Assembly (NCBI GenBank): GCA_002010065.2
Contig: MTMD02000014.1
Location: forward strand, 96,001 to 160,000
Direction of reading: 5' to 3'
DNA from: Candidatus Pyrohabitans jungbluthii
GTDB lineage: Archaea; Hydrothermarchaeota; Hydrothermarchaeia; Hydrothermarchaeales; BMS3B
DNA length: 64,000 nt
Part shown: in pieces, positions 46,527 to 55,445 of the stretch
Layout: every line of letters begins with the position of its first letter
Numbering within the stretch: the first letter of the stretch is position 1
Notes under the pieces: generated by a model
The model's input: the letters and a program-made list of their open reading frames with translations, nothing else
The model's database searches: none
What the model was told of the DNA's origin: nothing
Program-made: the position numbers and the translations under genes

Positions 46527-47561
46527 TTGGACGTAATACTAACACCCTTCCTCATTGCAGCCCTGCTTGCCGGGCTTTACATGGCCTGGAACATAGGAGC
46601 GAACGATGTCGCCAACGCTATGGGCACCAGTGTTGGCTCTCGCGCAATAACCTACAGGCAGGCGATACTCATTGCCGCGATCTTTGAGTTCGGTGGCGCC
46701 GTGGTTTTCGGGAAGCATGTCACGGAGACGATACGCAAGGGCATTGTCGACCCGAAGTACTTCACCTCACCGGAGGTGCTTGCGTTTGGAGCCTTCGCAG
46801 CTCTTGTCGCTGCCGGGATATGGCTCACCATCGCAACATGGGCGAGGCTTCCTGTCTCTACGACGCACAGCATCGTCGGAGCCATGGCGGGTTTTGGCAT
46901 CGCGGCCCAGGGTTTAGGCGTGGTGAACTGGGGCAAGATGAGCAAAATCGTTGCAAGCTGGATCGTATCGCCGATTGTAGGTGCCCTTGTGGCCTTCATT
47001 CTCTTCACAGGCATGCGCCACTTCCTGCTTAAGAAGGTGGACGACAGGCAGCGGGTGGAGAGGATTTTCGGGAAGTTTCAGATAATGACTGCTTGCTTTG
47101 TGGCATTCGCCCATGGAAGCAACGACGTCGCCAATGCCGTAGGCCCCCTTGCAGCAGCGCTCACCTTCTCTCAGGGAACAGCCGTAGAGGTGGCTGCAAA
47201 GCTTCCTGTACCCAAGTGGCTTCTCGCTTTTGGTGGCTTTGGTATAGTTCTGGGTCTTGCAACCTGGGGGTATCGCGTAATGGGTACAATAGGCGAGAGG
47301 GTTACGCAGATTACGCCAACCCGCGGCTTTACCGCAGAATTCAGCGCCGCAAGCGTTGTGCTGGCGAATTCGCAGATAGGCATGCCCATATCTACGACAC
47401 ATACGCTTGTGGGCTGCGTTATAGGCGTAGGTTTAGCTCGTGGAATAAAGGCATTAAATTTAAAAATAATCAGGGATATAATTTTATCCTGGTTAGCAAC
47501 AGTACCTTTCGCTGCCCTTGTGGCGGCGATTACATTTAAGGTGTTGATGTACCTGAGGTGA
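46527..47561 (+). CDS. PiT-family inorganic phosphate transporter
   Basis: GANDVANAMGT, PVSTTH, HGSNDVANAVGP, PISTTH. Confidence 0.95.
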   Translation: MDVILTPFLIAALLAGLYMAWNIGANDVANAMGTSVGSRAITYRQAILIAAIFEFGGAVVFGKHVTETIRKGIVDPKYFTSPEVLAFGAFAALVAAGIWLTIATWARLPVSTTHSIVGAMAGFGIAAQGLGVVNWGKMSKIVASWIVSPIVGALVAFILFTGMRHFLLKKVDDRQRVERIFGKFQIMTACFVAFAHGSNDVANAVGPLAAALTFSQGTAVEVAAKLPVPKWLLAFGGFGIVLGLATWGYRVMGTIGERVTQITPTRGFTAEFSAASVVLANSQIGMPISTTHTLVGCVIGVGLARGIKALNLKIIRDIILSWLATVPFAALVAAITFKVLMYLR

Positions 47562-48238
47562 CCCAGTTGAGGAGTGTTCTTGGAATGTTTGCACCGTCGC
47601 CCTTTGAACCCCTGGAGGAGCATGTGAAGATAGTCAGACAGTGTTCTGACCTGTTTCGCGAGATGGTGGTTGCCTACCTTGACAAGGATTTCGAGAGGTC
47701 TGACAAGATAGCACTTCGTATATCTGAGCTGGAGCATGAGGCTGACAAGATAAAGAACCACATTCGGGAGCACCTCCCTAGGAGCATATTTATGCCTGTT
47801 GACAGGGGGGACTTTCTCAATTACTTGCGGGAGCAGGACCAGGTCGCTGACCGCCTTGAGGAGGTAGCGCTAACAATGAGCCTGCGCAGGACAGAGATTC
47901 CGGAAGAGCTCCGCGATGATTTTTTGGACATGGCGAAGAAGGTGTGCGACGTCGTTGATCTCGTACCTTTAGCGGTTAGAAGCATGATTGAACTTCTTGA
48001 GTCGACGTTCCGGAAGAAGGACAGCAAGGTAAACCTGTACATTAGCCTGCTCAATGAAAAAGAGCAGCTCACTGACGACTTGGATTTGAAGATAAGGAAG
48101 CGCATCTTCGACATTGAGGACAAGCTAACCCATGGCGAACTATTCCACCTGATGCGCGTGGTCAAGCTCTTGGCTCGTGTCGCTGACCATGCTGAGAACT
48201 GCGGCGACCGCATGCGCGTGATGGTGGCCAGACTGTAG
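47558..48238 (+). CDS. DUF47/PhoU-like phosphate transport regulator
   Basis: SPFEPL..H, LEHEAD.IK..IR.HLP...FMPVDR.D, ADHAENCGDR. Confidence 0.92.
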   Translation: MTQLRSVLGMFAPSPFEPLEEHVKIVRQCSDLFREMVVAYLDKDFERSDKIALRISELEHEADKIKNHIREHLPRSIFMPVDRGDFLNYLREQDQVADRLEEVALTMSLRRTEIPEELRDDFLDMAKKVCDVVDLVPLAVRSMIELLESTFRKKDSKVNLYISLLNEKEQLTDDLDLKIRKRIFDIEDKLTHGELFHLMRVVKLLARVADHAENCGDRMRVMVARL

Positions 48239-48541
48239 GTGATGGAAATGATGGAGCCAAAAACCGAGATAATAATGGTGGGACACATTCTGGAGAAGAA
48301 CATAATCTTCGAGGTATACGAGAGGATAAAGGATTTTGGTGTGGACGTGAAGCACTGCGAAATCTCATTCACTACCCTTAAGGAGGGCATAGAGCAGCGC
48401 AAACCCTCGACGATGCGGTGCTACCTCGTTGGTCCAAAGGAGGAGCGGGAAAAGGCGATTGAAGAGATTAAGAAGATAGCAGAGAAGTACGACTGTGGCA
48501 TAGAGACCATAGATTATGAGGAGATGTGGAGGAGGCGATAG
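48239..48541 (+). CDS. Small hypothetical protein (possibly ACT/ferredoxin-like fold)
   Basis: Operonic with DUF47; alternating beta/alpha pattern. The start may be a downstream ATG. Confidence 0.6.
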   Translation: MMEMMEPKTEIIMVGHILEKNIIFEVYERIKDFGVDVKHCEISFTTLKEGIEQRKPSTMRCYLVGPKEEREKAIEEIKKIAEKYDCGIETIDYEEMWRRR

Positions 48542-49153
48542 CTAACACCGCTTAAGGGCACGCTCCACCACATCGCCGCGAGGCGAAGTCTCGGCAAATA
48601 CTATCCCCTCGAAGGTGTAGATTTTTGTTTCTTCATCAAGCCAGCAGTCGGGCATAAGCCCGGCTTTCATGCAGGTGTGGCTGAGGAACTCTTCGCTTGT
48701 CCAGCCCTCGTCTACGGGTACCTGGGGCAGGAGTAAACCACGGGCTAAGCCTTTCTCTACAATCAACCCATGCTTTCCTACCTTTACCTTTTCCGGGTAT
48801 TCTCTGGGCGAGCTAACTTTCAGCAGTTTGGGTTTGGTAAGCACGCTCACCTCTATGGTGCAGTGCTCAAGCTCCCTGAGGCTAACGGGATAGAACCTCG
48901 GGTCCTGCGTCGCCGCCGCTATCGCCGCCTTTATTGTCGCCTCCACAAGGGGGTAGATTGGCTCAGGGTAGCCTATGCATCCGCGCAACTCGTGCGTGGG
49001 GTAGGTCTCCAGGGTGACGAAGACGCCCGCCTTTTCTTTCAATTTTTCGGGCGCATCTTCTGGTGGCGAAAGCTCTCGTTTCTCCCGCAGGTAGACCTCA
49101 ATGGTACGCCTCGCAAGCCTTACAAGGTACTTCCCCTCTTCCAGTGTGTACAT
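48542..49153 (-). CDS. AMMECR1-domain protein
   Basis: GVFVTL, LRGCIG, DPRF.PV, EVSVL, GLLLPQV, CMKAGL. Confidence 0.93.
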   Translation of the reverse strand: MYTLEEGKYLVRLARRTIEVYLREKRELSPPEDAPEKLKEKAGVFVTLETYPTHELRGCIGYPEPIYPLVEATIKAAIAAATQDPRFYPVSLRELEHCTIEVSVLTKPKLLKVSSPREYPEKVKVGKHGLIVEKGLARGLLLPQVPVDEGWTSEEFLSHTCMKAGLMPDCWLDEETKIYTFEGIVFAETSPRGDVVERALKRC

Positions 49154-49191
49154 GCTTATTAATTCTTCTCCGGAGTTTATCAATTTAGTGT

Positions 49192-49512
49192 TCAGAAGGT
49201 GAGCAGCTTGTCACTCCACTTCACTATATCGTACAAATCCTTCATCGTTGAAATCGGACACAGCTCGCTTTCCTCACTGCCCCTGAGCTTCAAGCATGTG
49301 CCGCACGCAAATATCTCTCCACCATTTTCCAGAAAGCTGCGCATCTGCTCCGTAACCTTGAACTTCTCTGTGTCGAAGGACTCACACTCTACGCCCTTGC
49401 CGAGGAGAAACACCTTAACCTCGTCTCCCGCATTAAGCGCAAAGTTTCCAAAGCGGAAGGCATTCCACACAGTCTCAGAGTCGTTGGAGTATATCACAAT
49501 GCCAACCTTCAT
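49192..49512 (-). CDS. DsrE-family sulfur-relay protein
   Basis: WNAFR, VFLLGKGVE, ACGTCLK.R, CPISTM.DL...SDKLLTF. Confidence 0.9.
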   Translation of the reverse strand: MKVGIVIYSNDSETVWNAFRFGNFALNAGDEVKVFLLGKGVECESFDTEKFKVTEQMRSFLENGGEIFACGTCLKLRGSEESELCPISTMKDLYDIVKWSDKLLTF

Positions 49513-49602
49513 CTTCCTACCTCCTGAGAATTTTATTATATCATGATATATTAATATTTTTCGTTTACTTCGGGTAAATTATGCGACCCTTCTCAAAACT
49601 CG

Positions 49603-50064
49603 CTACCACAGCATGTACTTCTTGAGTAGCATCGCATCCTCACCGTCACTGTAGTATCCCTTGAGGATGCCCTTCTCCACGTAGCCAAGCCTCTTGTAGA
49701 ATTTCACCGCTCTGGTGTTGGATACGCGCACCTCTAACCAGAGTTCCACCACTCCCTTCTTTCTGAGTTCCTCCTCCACCGCCAGCATCAAAGCCTTGCC
49801 AATGCCTCTGCACCTGTGCCTTGGGTCAACGGCTATAGCTATGATGTGTCCCTTTGCGTCCACCTTTCTGGCAATAACATAGCCAACAACTTGGCTGTCC
49901 TCCTCAGCCACCAGGAAGGTGTCGCCATAAAGCTCGTACAGGTTGATTAGGAAGATGGGGTGGTACGGGTCTTTAAAGCTCTGAGCCTCGATTTCATACA
50001 CTTTCTGCAAGTCGCTGGGCCGAAACTTTCTGATTAGCAGCATATCAAAAGCACCCGCACTCAT
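49603..50064 (-). CDS. rimI: RimI/Ard1-like GNAT N-acetyltransferase (start possibly 50043)
   Basis: GHIIAIAVDP.HR.RGIG, LEVRVSN..A..FY, YYSDGEDA. Confidence 0.9.
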   Translation of the reverse strand: MSAGAFDMLLIRKFRPSDLQKVYEIEAQSFKDPYHPIFLINLYELYGDTFLVAEEDSQVVGYVIARKVDAKGHIIAIAVDPRHRCRGIGKALMLAVEEELRKKGVVELWLEVRVSNTRAVKFYKRLGYVEKGILKGYYSDGEDAMLLKKYMLW

Positions 50065-50153
50065 TGAAAAGCAACCCCGTTAATATTATCTGAGAGTTAC
50101 ATATTATCTTTTCCCAGAGGAGCACAGCAGAATGTCTAATCAGGGATGATTGA

Positions 50154-50555
50154 ATGACACAGAGATTTGAAATCCTGGCAGAATTTTTAAAGAAGAATTA
50201 TGGAAATGCTGCCAAGATTGTAGAAGTGGGTGTGGGTAGCGAGAGGCATGTGCTGAATGAGCTGAAGGCGAGTATAAAGGGCGAGGTTGTGGGCGTGGAC
50301 ATCAAAGGAGGGGAAGGCGTGGTAAAAGATGATGTGCTTTCACCCAATCTGGAGATATATCAGGGCGCTGATCTGATTTACGCCATTCGCCCGCCTCCCG
50401 AGCTTTACCCCACGTTAATATCGCTGGCGGCAAAGGTAAACGCCGACCTAATAATCCGCCCCCTGAGCACAGACCCTCCGCCTCAGGGTATGAAGCTGGT
50501 GAACTATCGCGGAGAATTTTTCTACGTTACCCAGAAGCGAAAGCTTCTGTTGTGA
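50154..50555 (+). CDS. UPF0146-family protein
   Basis: KIVEVGVG, DDV..P...IY.GADLIYAIRPPPEL, LVNYRG..FY. Confidence 0.9.
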   Translation: MTQRFEILAEFLKKNYGNAAKIVEVGVGSERHVLNELKASIKGEVVGVDIKGGEGVVKDDVLSPNLEIYQGADLIYAIRPPPELYPTLISLAAKVNADLIIRPLSTDPPPQGMKLVNYRGEFFYVTQKRKLLL

Positions 50556-50602
50556 CGAAGTTATCCGTTTCGTGCTAAGCACGATAGGGTGACGAAGTTA
50601 CC
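50526..50602. repeat. Tandem hairpin element, copy B, spanning two convergent stop codons
   Basis: GTTAC-C-CAGAAGC-GAAA-GCTTCTG-TT-GTGAC-GAA-GTTATCC-GTT-TCGTGC-TAA-GCACGA-TA-GGGTGAC-GAA-GTTACC. Confidence 0.7.
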
Positions 50603-50837
50603 TTAGCTTCGCTCCACACTCGCTGCAGAATTTGAAGAATGGCTCATTTTTGGCACCGCACCTTCTGCAGGTTATCGGGCGAACAAGCTCAAAGGCGTCG
50701 CACTCTCGAGCACGCATATCCCGTGACAGGGCGCAGAACATGCTCAGCTCTGCACCATTGAAGTTCCACTTTACTATTAAATTGGAGCAGAAGATGCACT
50801 TGCTTGTGACCTGGGCTATGTCGCGGAGGTTTGTCAT
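50598..50837 (-). CDS. Small double Cys-cluster zinc-ribbon protein
   Basis: CIFC...C...C plus CRRCGAKN...KFCSECGAKL; coupled to the upstream radical SAM gene. Confidence 0.75.
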   Translation of the reverse strand: MTNLRDIAQVTSKCIFCSNLIVKWNFNGAELSMFCALSRDMRARECDAFELVRPITCRRCGAKNEPFFKFCSECGAKLR

Positions 50838-51952
50838 TACTTCTCCTTCTTCTGGAGATTTTTAAGTACTTTTTCCACATACTCTGCAACCGCCTCTTCT
50901 ACGCGTGGCTTAAAGTACTCCAGCCTCTCCTTCGCTTCTTTGGATATCTCTGGCGCGCTGTGTGTGAACACCACGCGGGGGTCACGCTCTGGCTCAAGCG
51001 CTTTGCTACCTTGGAGCACATCAACGTCGCTGAAGGTTCCCAGAAGCTCTCTCCCCGCGTGCCTCACCTCTTCCTCCACTTTTCTGCCGTGGCGGGTGCC
51101 GAACATGGAGAAGAGGGGGAACTTTGTTATCCCGTTCGCACCCGCGAGGAGCGCAACGCCTATGTTGGGGAGCTGGTCCACCCAGGTGCCTGAGATTATC
51201 TTCACCTCAGGGAAGCTTATTCTCACCGCTGCTATCACCCCTGCCTGGTACAGCGAGGCTGGCGGGGGAGAGTTTTCATAGCGCGTGCCCCTGTGGGGGT
51301 TGAGGGAGTAGATGGTAACCCTGTCCAACTTCAGCTCCTGAATTAGCTCAAGAAGCGTGTAGGTGTCGGCTACGCTCTCCCCCAGACCCAGGATTATCGT
51401 AATCCCTGTTGCATAGCCCATCTCCTTCGCTGTAATAAGCATGCGCTTTATTGGAGCTAGAGGTTTGCCAGGCACAATCTCGCTGCGAAGCTTCTTGCTC
51501 ACGCATTCCACGCTTCCAGTTACACCTTCCACCGCTCTGCCGAGCTGCTCAAGCTCTTCGCCGCTGAGCACACCCACATTGAGCCACACCTTAGACTGCG
51601 CTGCATAGGCTACCATCTCCGCAAGAAGGCGCAACTCTTCTAATGTATAAGCGCCGTACCCTCCTGAGAGGAACTCCACCTCCCAGCCGAGCCTGCGCAT
51701 AAGCTCCGCCTCAGCGAGGATTCGCCAGGGTGCGCGCTTCGCCTTTTCAGCCTCCCTCAGCCTTTCTTTCTGCTTCGCCATGTAGCAGAAGGCACAGCTT
51801 GCGACGGAGCACCACCAGGAGAGGAAGATTGCCCTCTCCAGGGTGACGTAGCTGCCGTGGTGTTTTAGCGTTAGCGCATTCGCCTCTGCCAGCGCCTCGA
51901 GTAAGTGCTCAGAATCGCTGAAAAGCTGGGAGACCTCTTTCGGGGTGAGCAT
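50837..51952 (-). CDS. BioB-like radical SAM protein of unknown function
   Basis: ERAIFLSWWCSVASCAFCYM (Cx4Cx2C), FLSGG, WLNVG, TIILGLGE, YSLNPH.GT, GANGITKFP. Confidence 0.85.
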   Translation of the reverse strand: MLTPKEVSQLFSDSEHLLEALAEANALTLKHHGSYVTLERAIFLSWWCSVASCAFCYMAKQKERLREAEKAKRAPWRILAEAELMRRLGWEVEFLSGGYGAYTLEELRLLAEMVAYAAQSKVWLNVGVLSGEELEQLGRAVEGVTGSVECVSKKLRSEIVPGKPLAPIKRMLITAKEMGYATGITIILGLGESVADTYTLLELIQELKLDRVTIYSLNPHRGTRYENSPPPASLYQAGVIAAVRISFPEVKIISGTWVDQLPNIGVALLAGANGITKFPLFSMFGTRHGRKVEEEVRHAGRELLGTFSDVDVLQGSKALEPERDPRVVFTHSAPEISKEAKERLEYFKPRVEEAVAEYVEKVLKNLQKKEK

Positions 51953-52078
51953 ACATAAGCAGGTGAGGCTATCCAGTAAAAAGCTGTTTGTTCATCTCCA
52001 GCCATCCAGTCATAAAGATATAAATATCCAAAAATATTATAAAAGTGTCTACACCGTAATATTCATAAGGCGATAAAA

Positions 52079-53458
52079 ATGAAAGTAATTGAAAATCTTG
52101 AAGTAAGAAATTATAGAGGTATTAAAAATATTTCCTTCAAATCAAATTCTGTAAATATATTGGTTGGAAGAAATAACACAGGAAAATCGGCATTATTAGA
52201 ATCAATAGCATTTATATTGTCATTTAACAAAAAATTTAAGGATTCAATAGGAAATGACCTATTGGATTATATAACCGAAAAATATGAGGAATCGTATTTG
52301 GTGAATATAAATGGCAAAACTGCAGAAATTAAAGCAGAGATTAAAGATAAAGAGTACACTATTTCCATTGAATATTATTCTGATGGTCTGCCACAGGATG
52401 AAAGACTGAATTATATAATAGAGTATTTTGAAAATTTAATAAATAGGTGGTATCGCAATTACATTGAAAAGGAGGAAAGATATACTGAGAATATCACCAA
52501 TGACGTAATTAATACTTTTTTTAATGAACTAAAAAATATAAATTTAAAATTAAAACAATCAGATCTAAAAATTTTGGAAAACAATATCAAGAATAGATTA
52601 TTAAGAAAAAAAATTTTTAGAACTATGGATAGATATATAGAATCTGAAATACAAACTGAGTTAGATAAAGTTAAATCGCAAACGCAAAAAGATATCTACA
52701 ATTTGCCAAAATTGATTATCACTGCTTATGAAAATTCACAAATAGTAGGATTGTATATACTTTTTGCAGAATCATTAGATTTAATAGAAAAATTTGAAAA
52801 TATTAGGTCAAAAAAAGTAATTACGCTATTTTCATTCCTATCCAAATATAAATATTTTGAAATAGATGATGAATATGAAATAATTCCATTTAAAGGTGAT
52901 TTAAAGCATATTCCTCTACTTTTTGATTTTGAAAGGGTTACATATGATATAGAAGATTTACATGATTCTGTGGTAGAAACAGGAAAAATTAGGCGTGCAG
53001 TAGATTTACTCAAAGAGAGAGATATTATTGATGATATTAGAAAAACTGAGAGAGGTCTTATGGTATTTCCGAAACAATATGATGAGCCATTGCCTCTATC
53101 TTCAATGGGTGATGGTTTCTTAGCGTTGCTTAAAATCATATTTTTAATTGCTATAGCTGAGAGAGGAGTAATTTTAATAGAAGAACCAGAAGTGTCTCTT
53201 CACCCGGGATATTTAGATATAATTGCTGAAGAAATTGTATTAAATTCTGATAAAGTACAATTTTTTATATCTACCCACAGCTTTGATTTAATTCAGGCTA
53301 TTTTAGAAAAGGCTGAAAAATATAAAAAGCTGGATGAAATAAATATAGTAAGACTCCATTATAGAGAAGCTGCAAATCAGATTTATCCTGAAGTCTTGGA
53401 TGGGGAGATGGCTAAGGAAGAAATTGATGAGATAGGAACAGATCTGAGGCAAACATAA
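52079..53458 (+). CDS. ABC-type (AAA_15/AAA_21, OLD/AbiEii-like) ATPase
   Basis: NYRGI, Walker A GRNNTGKS, long helical insert, signature LSSMGDG, Walker B/D-loop ILIEEPEVSLHP, H-loop ISTHS. Confidence 0.9.
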   Translation: MKVIENLEVRNYRGIKNISFKSNSVNILVGRNNTGKSALLESIAFILSFNKKFKDSIGNDLLDYITEKYEESYLVNINGKTAEIKAEIKDKEYTISIEYYSDGLPQDERLNYIIEYFENLINRWYRNYIEKEERYTENITNDVINTFFNELKNINLKLKQSDLKILENNIKNRLLRKKIFRTMDRYIESEIQTELDKVKSQTQKDIYNLPKLIITAYENSQIVGLYILFAESLDLIEKFENIRSKKVITLFSFLSKYKYFEIDDEYEIIPFKGDLKHIPLLFDFERVTYDIEDLHDSVVETGKIRRAVDLLKERDIIDDIRKTERGLMVFPKQYDEPLPLSSMGDGFLALLKIIFLIAIAERGVILIEEPEVSLHPGYLDIIAEEIVLNSDKVQFFISTHSFDLIQAILEKAEKYKKLDEINIVRLHYREAANQIYPEVLDGEMAKEEIDEIGTDLRQT

Positions 53459-53480
53459 TATTTAAGAGGGGGAAATATTA

Positions 53481-54188
53481 ATGAAGATATTCGTATTAGA
53501 GGGTCCTAATGACGTAGTTTTTATAGAATCGATTTTAAATCATCACTTTAAAAAAACAAATATACCAAAAGCCTCTAATAATAAAATAAATTTACGAAAA
53601 AGTATAAAAACGCTGATGAGTAAACTTAGAGACTCTAAAGAGTATAATTATCTTAAAAACGAATTTGGAATAATTATTTACGGTGACAACGGTAAGGATA
53701 ACGTAATCTCAAAAGTTATACCCAGATTATGTTATGATTTAATAGGAAAAAATCCTCCAAAACAAATTGAATTTCTTGTAGTCTTAGATGAGGATGGCGA
53801 ACCACTTAGTAATATAATGGTCAGAATTAAAGAGGAGATTATTAATAGGAATATGCCAGATTCGGAAGTATTAGATATAAATAGTAGTAACATCAAAGTT
53901 CAATTCAATTCTGATGACAGTTATTGGATTTATATTCGAGTGTGTTTAATTCCTCATAGTTTGGAATATCAGATTATACATAAAGCAATTGAAACAAAAA
54001 TATCATTAAGCAAAAGACAACAAAGAAAACTACTAAACAGCAAAGAAGATGAGGCATTAAGAGAAATTGCAAATTTACTGGATGTTTCAAAGGAAGAATT
54101 GTTCCGACTTAGTGTTTTTGATGGTTGGTTTCTTGGTAGCGAATGGTACGACGGGATAATTCAGAAAATCGGAAATTTTATTAGTTAA
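53481..54188 (+). CDS. TOPRIM-like (DUF3226-like) putative nuclease partner of the ATPase
   Basis: N-terminal VLEGPND, central GDNGK, VVLDED (DxD) and later SLE match the TOPRIM pattern. Confidence 0.62.
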   Translation: MKIFVLEGPNDVVFIESILNHHFKKTNIPKASNNKINLRKSIKTLMSKLRDSKEYNYLKNEFGIIIYGDNGKDNVISKVIPRLCYDLIGKNPPKQIEFLVVLDEDGEPLSNIMVRIKEEIINRNMPDSEVLDINSSNIKVQFNSDDSYWIYIRVCLIPHSLEYQIIHKAIETKISLSKRQQRKLLNSKEDEALREIANLLDVSKEELFRLSVFDGWFLGSEWYDGIIQKIGNFIS

Positions 54189-54243
54189 CTTACGATTATT
54201 TCTTTTTTTATGTTGTTTTAAGCTAATTATTATGACTGGAAGA

Positions 54244-54849
54244 TCATCTCCAGCCGGTGATAATAAAAACAGGATTCATTGCCTTCATCATTGTAACGCC
54301 CTCGCGCACCTTCTCGGCTCTTGCAAAGCTGGCAAGCACCACCTCCTGCTCAAAGTTCGCTGCCTCGAGGGCAGCGCACGCTTTATGGAGCGTCTCCAGG
54401 GTTATCGCAGTTATCACCACTCGGCCCCCAGGATGCAGCTTTTTTGCTATTGCTTCGATTATCTCCTCCATCCTGCCCCCGCTTCCGCCTATAAACACCC
54501 TGTGTGGCGCCTCGAGGTTGCGCAGTGCCTCGGGAGCCTCGCCCTCAACTACGCGCGCCTCCCCGTCACCAGGCACCGCATTGCTGGCAACCACGCCGAA
54601 CTTCGCCAGGTTTCGCCTCAGAAGCTCCAACGCTTCCCCACGCTTCTCCACAGCGTAAACCCTCGCCCCGAGCAGAGCCGCCTCAACGGTAACGCTACCC
54701 GTGCCCGCGCCTATGTCGTAGAGCACGTCACCGCGACAAAGCCTGAGCTTCGCCAAAGCTAAGCTGCGCACCTCCTCCTTGGTCATGGGCACATTGCCGC
54801 GCTCGAATGCTTCGTCGGGTATTCCCGGCACTGTACGCTTCATTCCCAC
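54244..54849 (-). CDS. cbiT: Cobalt-precorrin-6B C15-methyltransferase (decarboxylating)
   Basis: GIPDEAF, PMTKEEVR, DIGAGTGSV.VE, FIGGSGG, AITLET, NPVFI. Confidence 0.95.
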   Translation of the reverse strand: MGMKRTVPGIPDEAFERGNVPMTKEEVRSLALAKLRLCRGDVLYDIGAGTGSVTVEAALLGARVYAVEKRGEALELLRRNLAKFGVVASNAVPGDGEARVVEGEAPEALRNLEAPHRVFIGGSGGRMEEIIEAIAKKLHPGGRVVITAITLETLHKACAALEAANFEQEVVLASFARAEKVREGVTMMKAMNPVFIITGWR

Positions 54850-55445
54850 ACCACCATTATGCTGTTCCCGCCAAAGCTTTCCTTTGAGACCTCCTCAAGC
54901 GTCGCCACGACGACACGTTCCTCTGGTAAGCTCAAGCTTTCGCACACGGCGCAGCGACGGTTTCCCCAGCGGGCGAGTAGCGCTTTCGCAACCTCTTGGG
55001 GCAGGTTTTTTGCATCGCACAATATAACAATCTTCTCCTCTTTGCGAAGCTCCTTCAAGGCATCGTCGCGCCCATGTAAGCTTATAACCCTCGCCCCGTT
55101 CCACGGCTCCTTAATCTTGGCAAAGCAGAGCTGCACTGAGCTTATCCCTGGGATCACCTCAAGCATATCCTCGGGGAACCTCTTCTTGAGAAACCGGAGG
55201 ATGCTGAACAGTGTGGCGTCGCCAGAGGTAAGTACCGCGACGTCTTTGCGAGAATGCTTCTCAATAAACTCCACCACCTCTTCCAGGTTGCGGCTTATCA
55301 CCATTCTTGGCTTTCCGCGGGGCGCAAACCTCAGCGCAGTCTCGCCGCCTGCAAAGGCAGATGCACGAGCGATGGCGCGCCTTGCCGCCGGGGTTAGGTA
55401 CTCCTCACTTCCAGGGCCAACGCCTACAACAAGTATCTTCCCCAC
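54840..55445 (-). CDS. cbiE: Cobalt-precorrin-7 C5-methyltransferase
   Basis: VGVGPG..EYLT, LTSGDA, IPGISSVQ, ISLHGR, ESLSLPEER. Confidence 0.93.
   Translation of the reverse strand: MGKILVVGVGPGSEEYLTPAARRAIARASAFAGGETALRFAPRGKPRMVISRNLEEVVEFIEKHSRKDVAVLTSGDATLFSILRFLKKRFPEDMLEVIPGISSVQLCFAKIKEPWNGARVISLHGRDDALKELRKEEKIVILCDAKNLPQEVAKALLARWGNRRCAVCESLSLPEERVVVATLEEVSKESFGGNSIMVVWE

Larger units (their letters stand above)
52010..54230. mobile_element. Very AT-rich two-gene insert (borders approximate)
   Basis: Sharp compositional change between GC-richer backbone genes; own TATA-like site (GATATAAATA near 52017). Confidence 0.65.

Noticed and set aside
50526-50602. Repeat-spacer-like pattern as a mini-CRISPR, integron attC or archaeal SECIS
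   Set aside because: The constant part is only 12-13 nt and the inserts are self-complementary. There are no cas or integrase genes, the ends do not fit RYYYAAC/GTTRRRY, and there is no GAA/A SECIS loop or in-frame UGA selenoprotein nearby.
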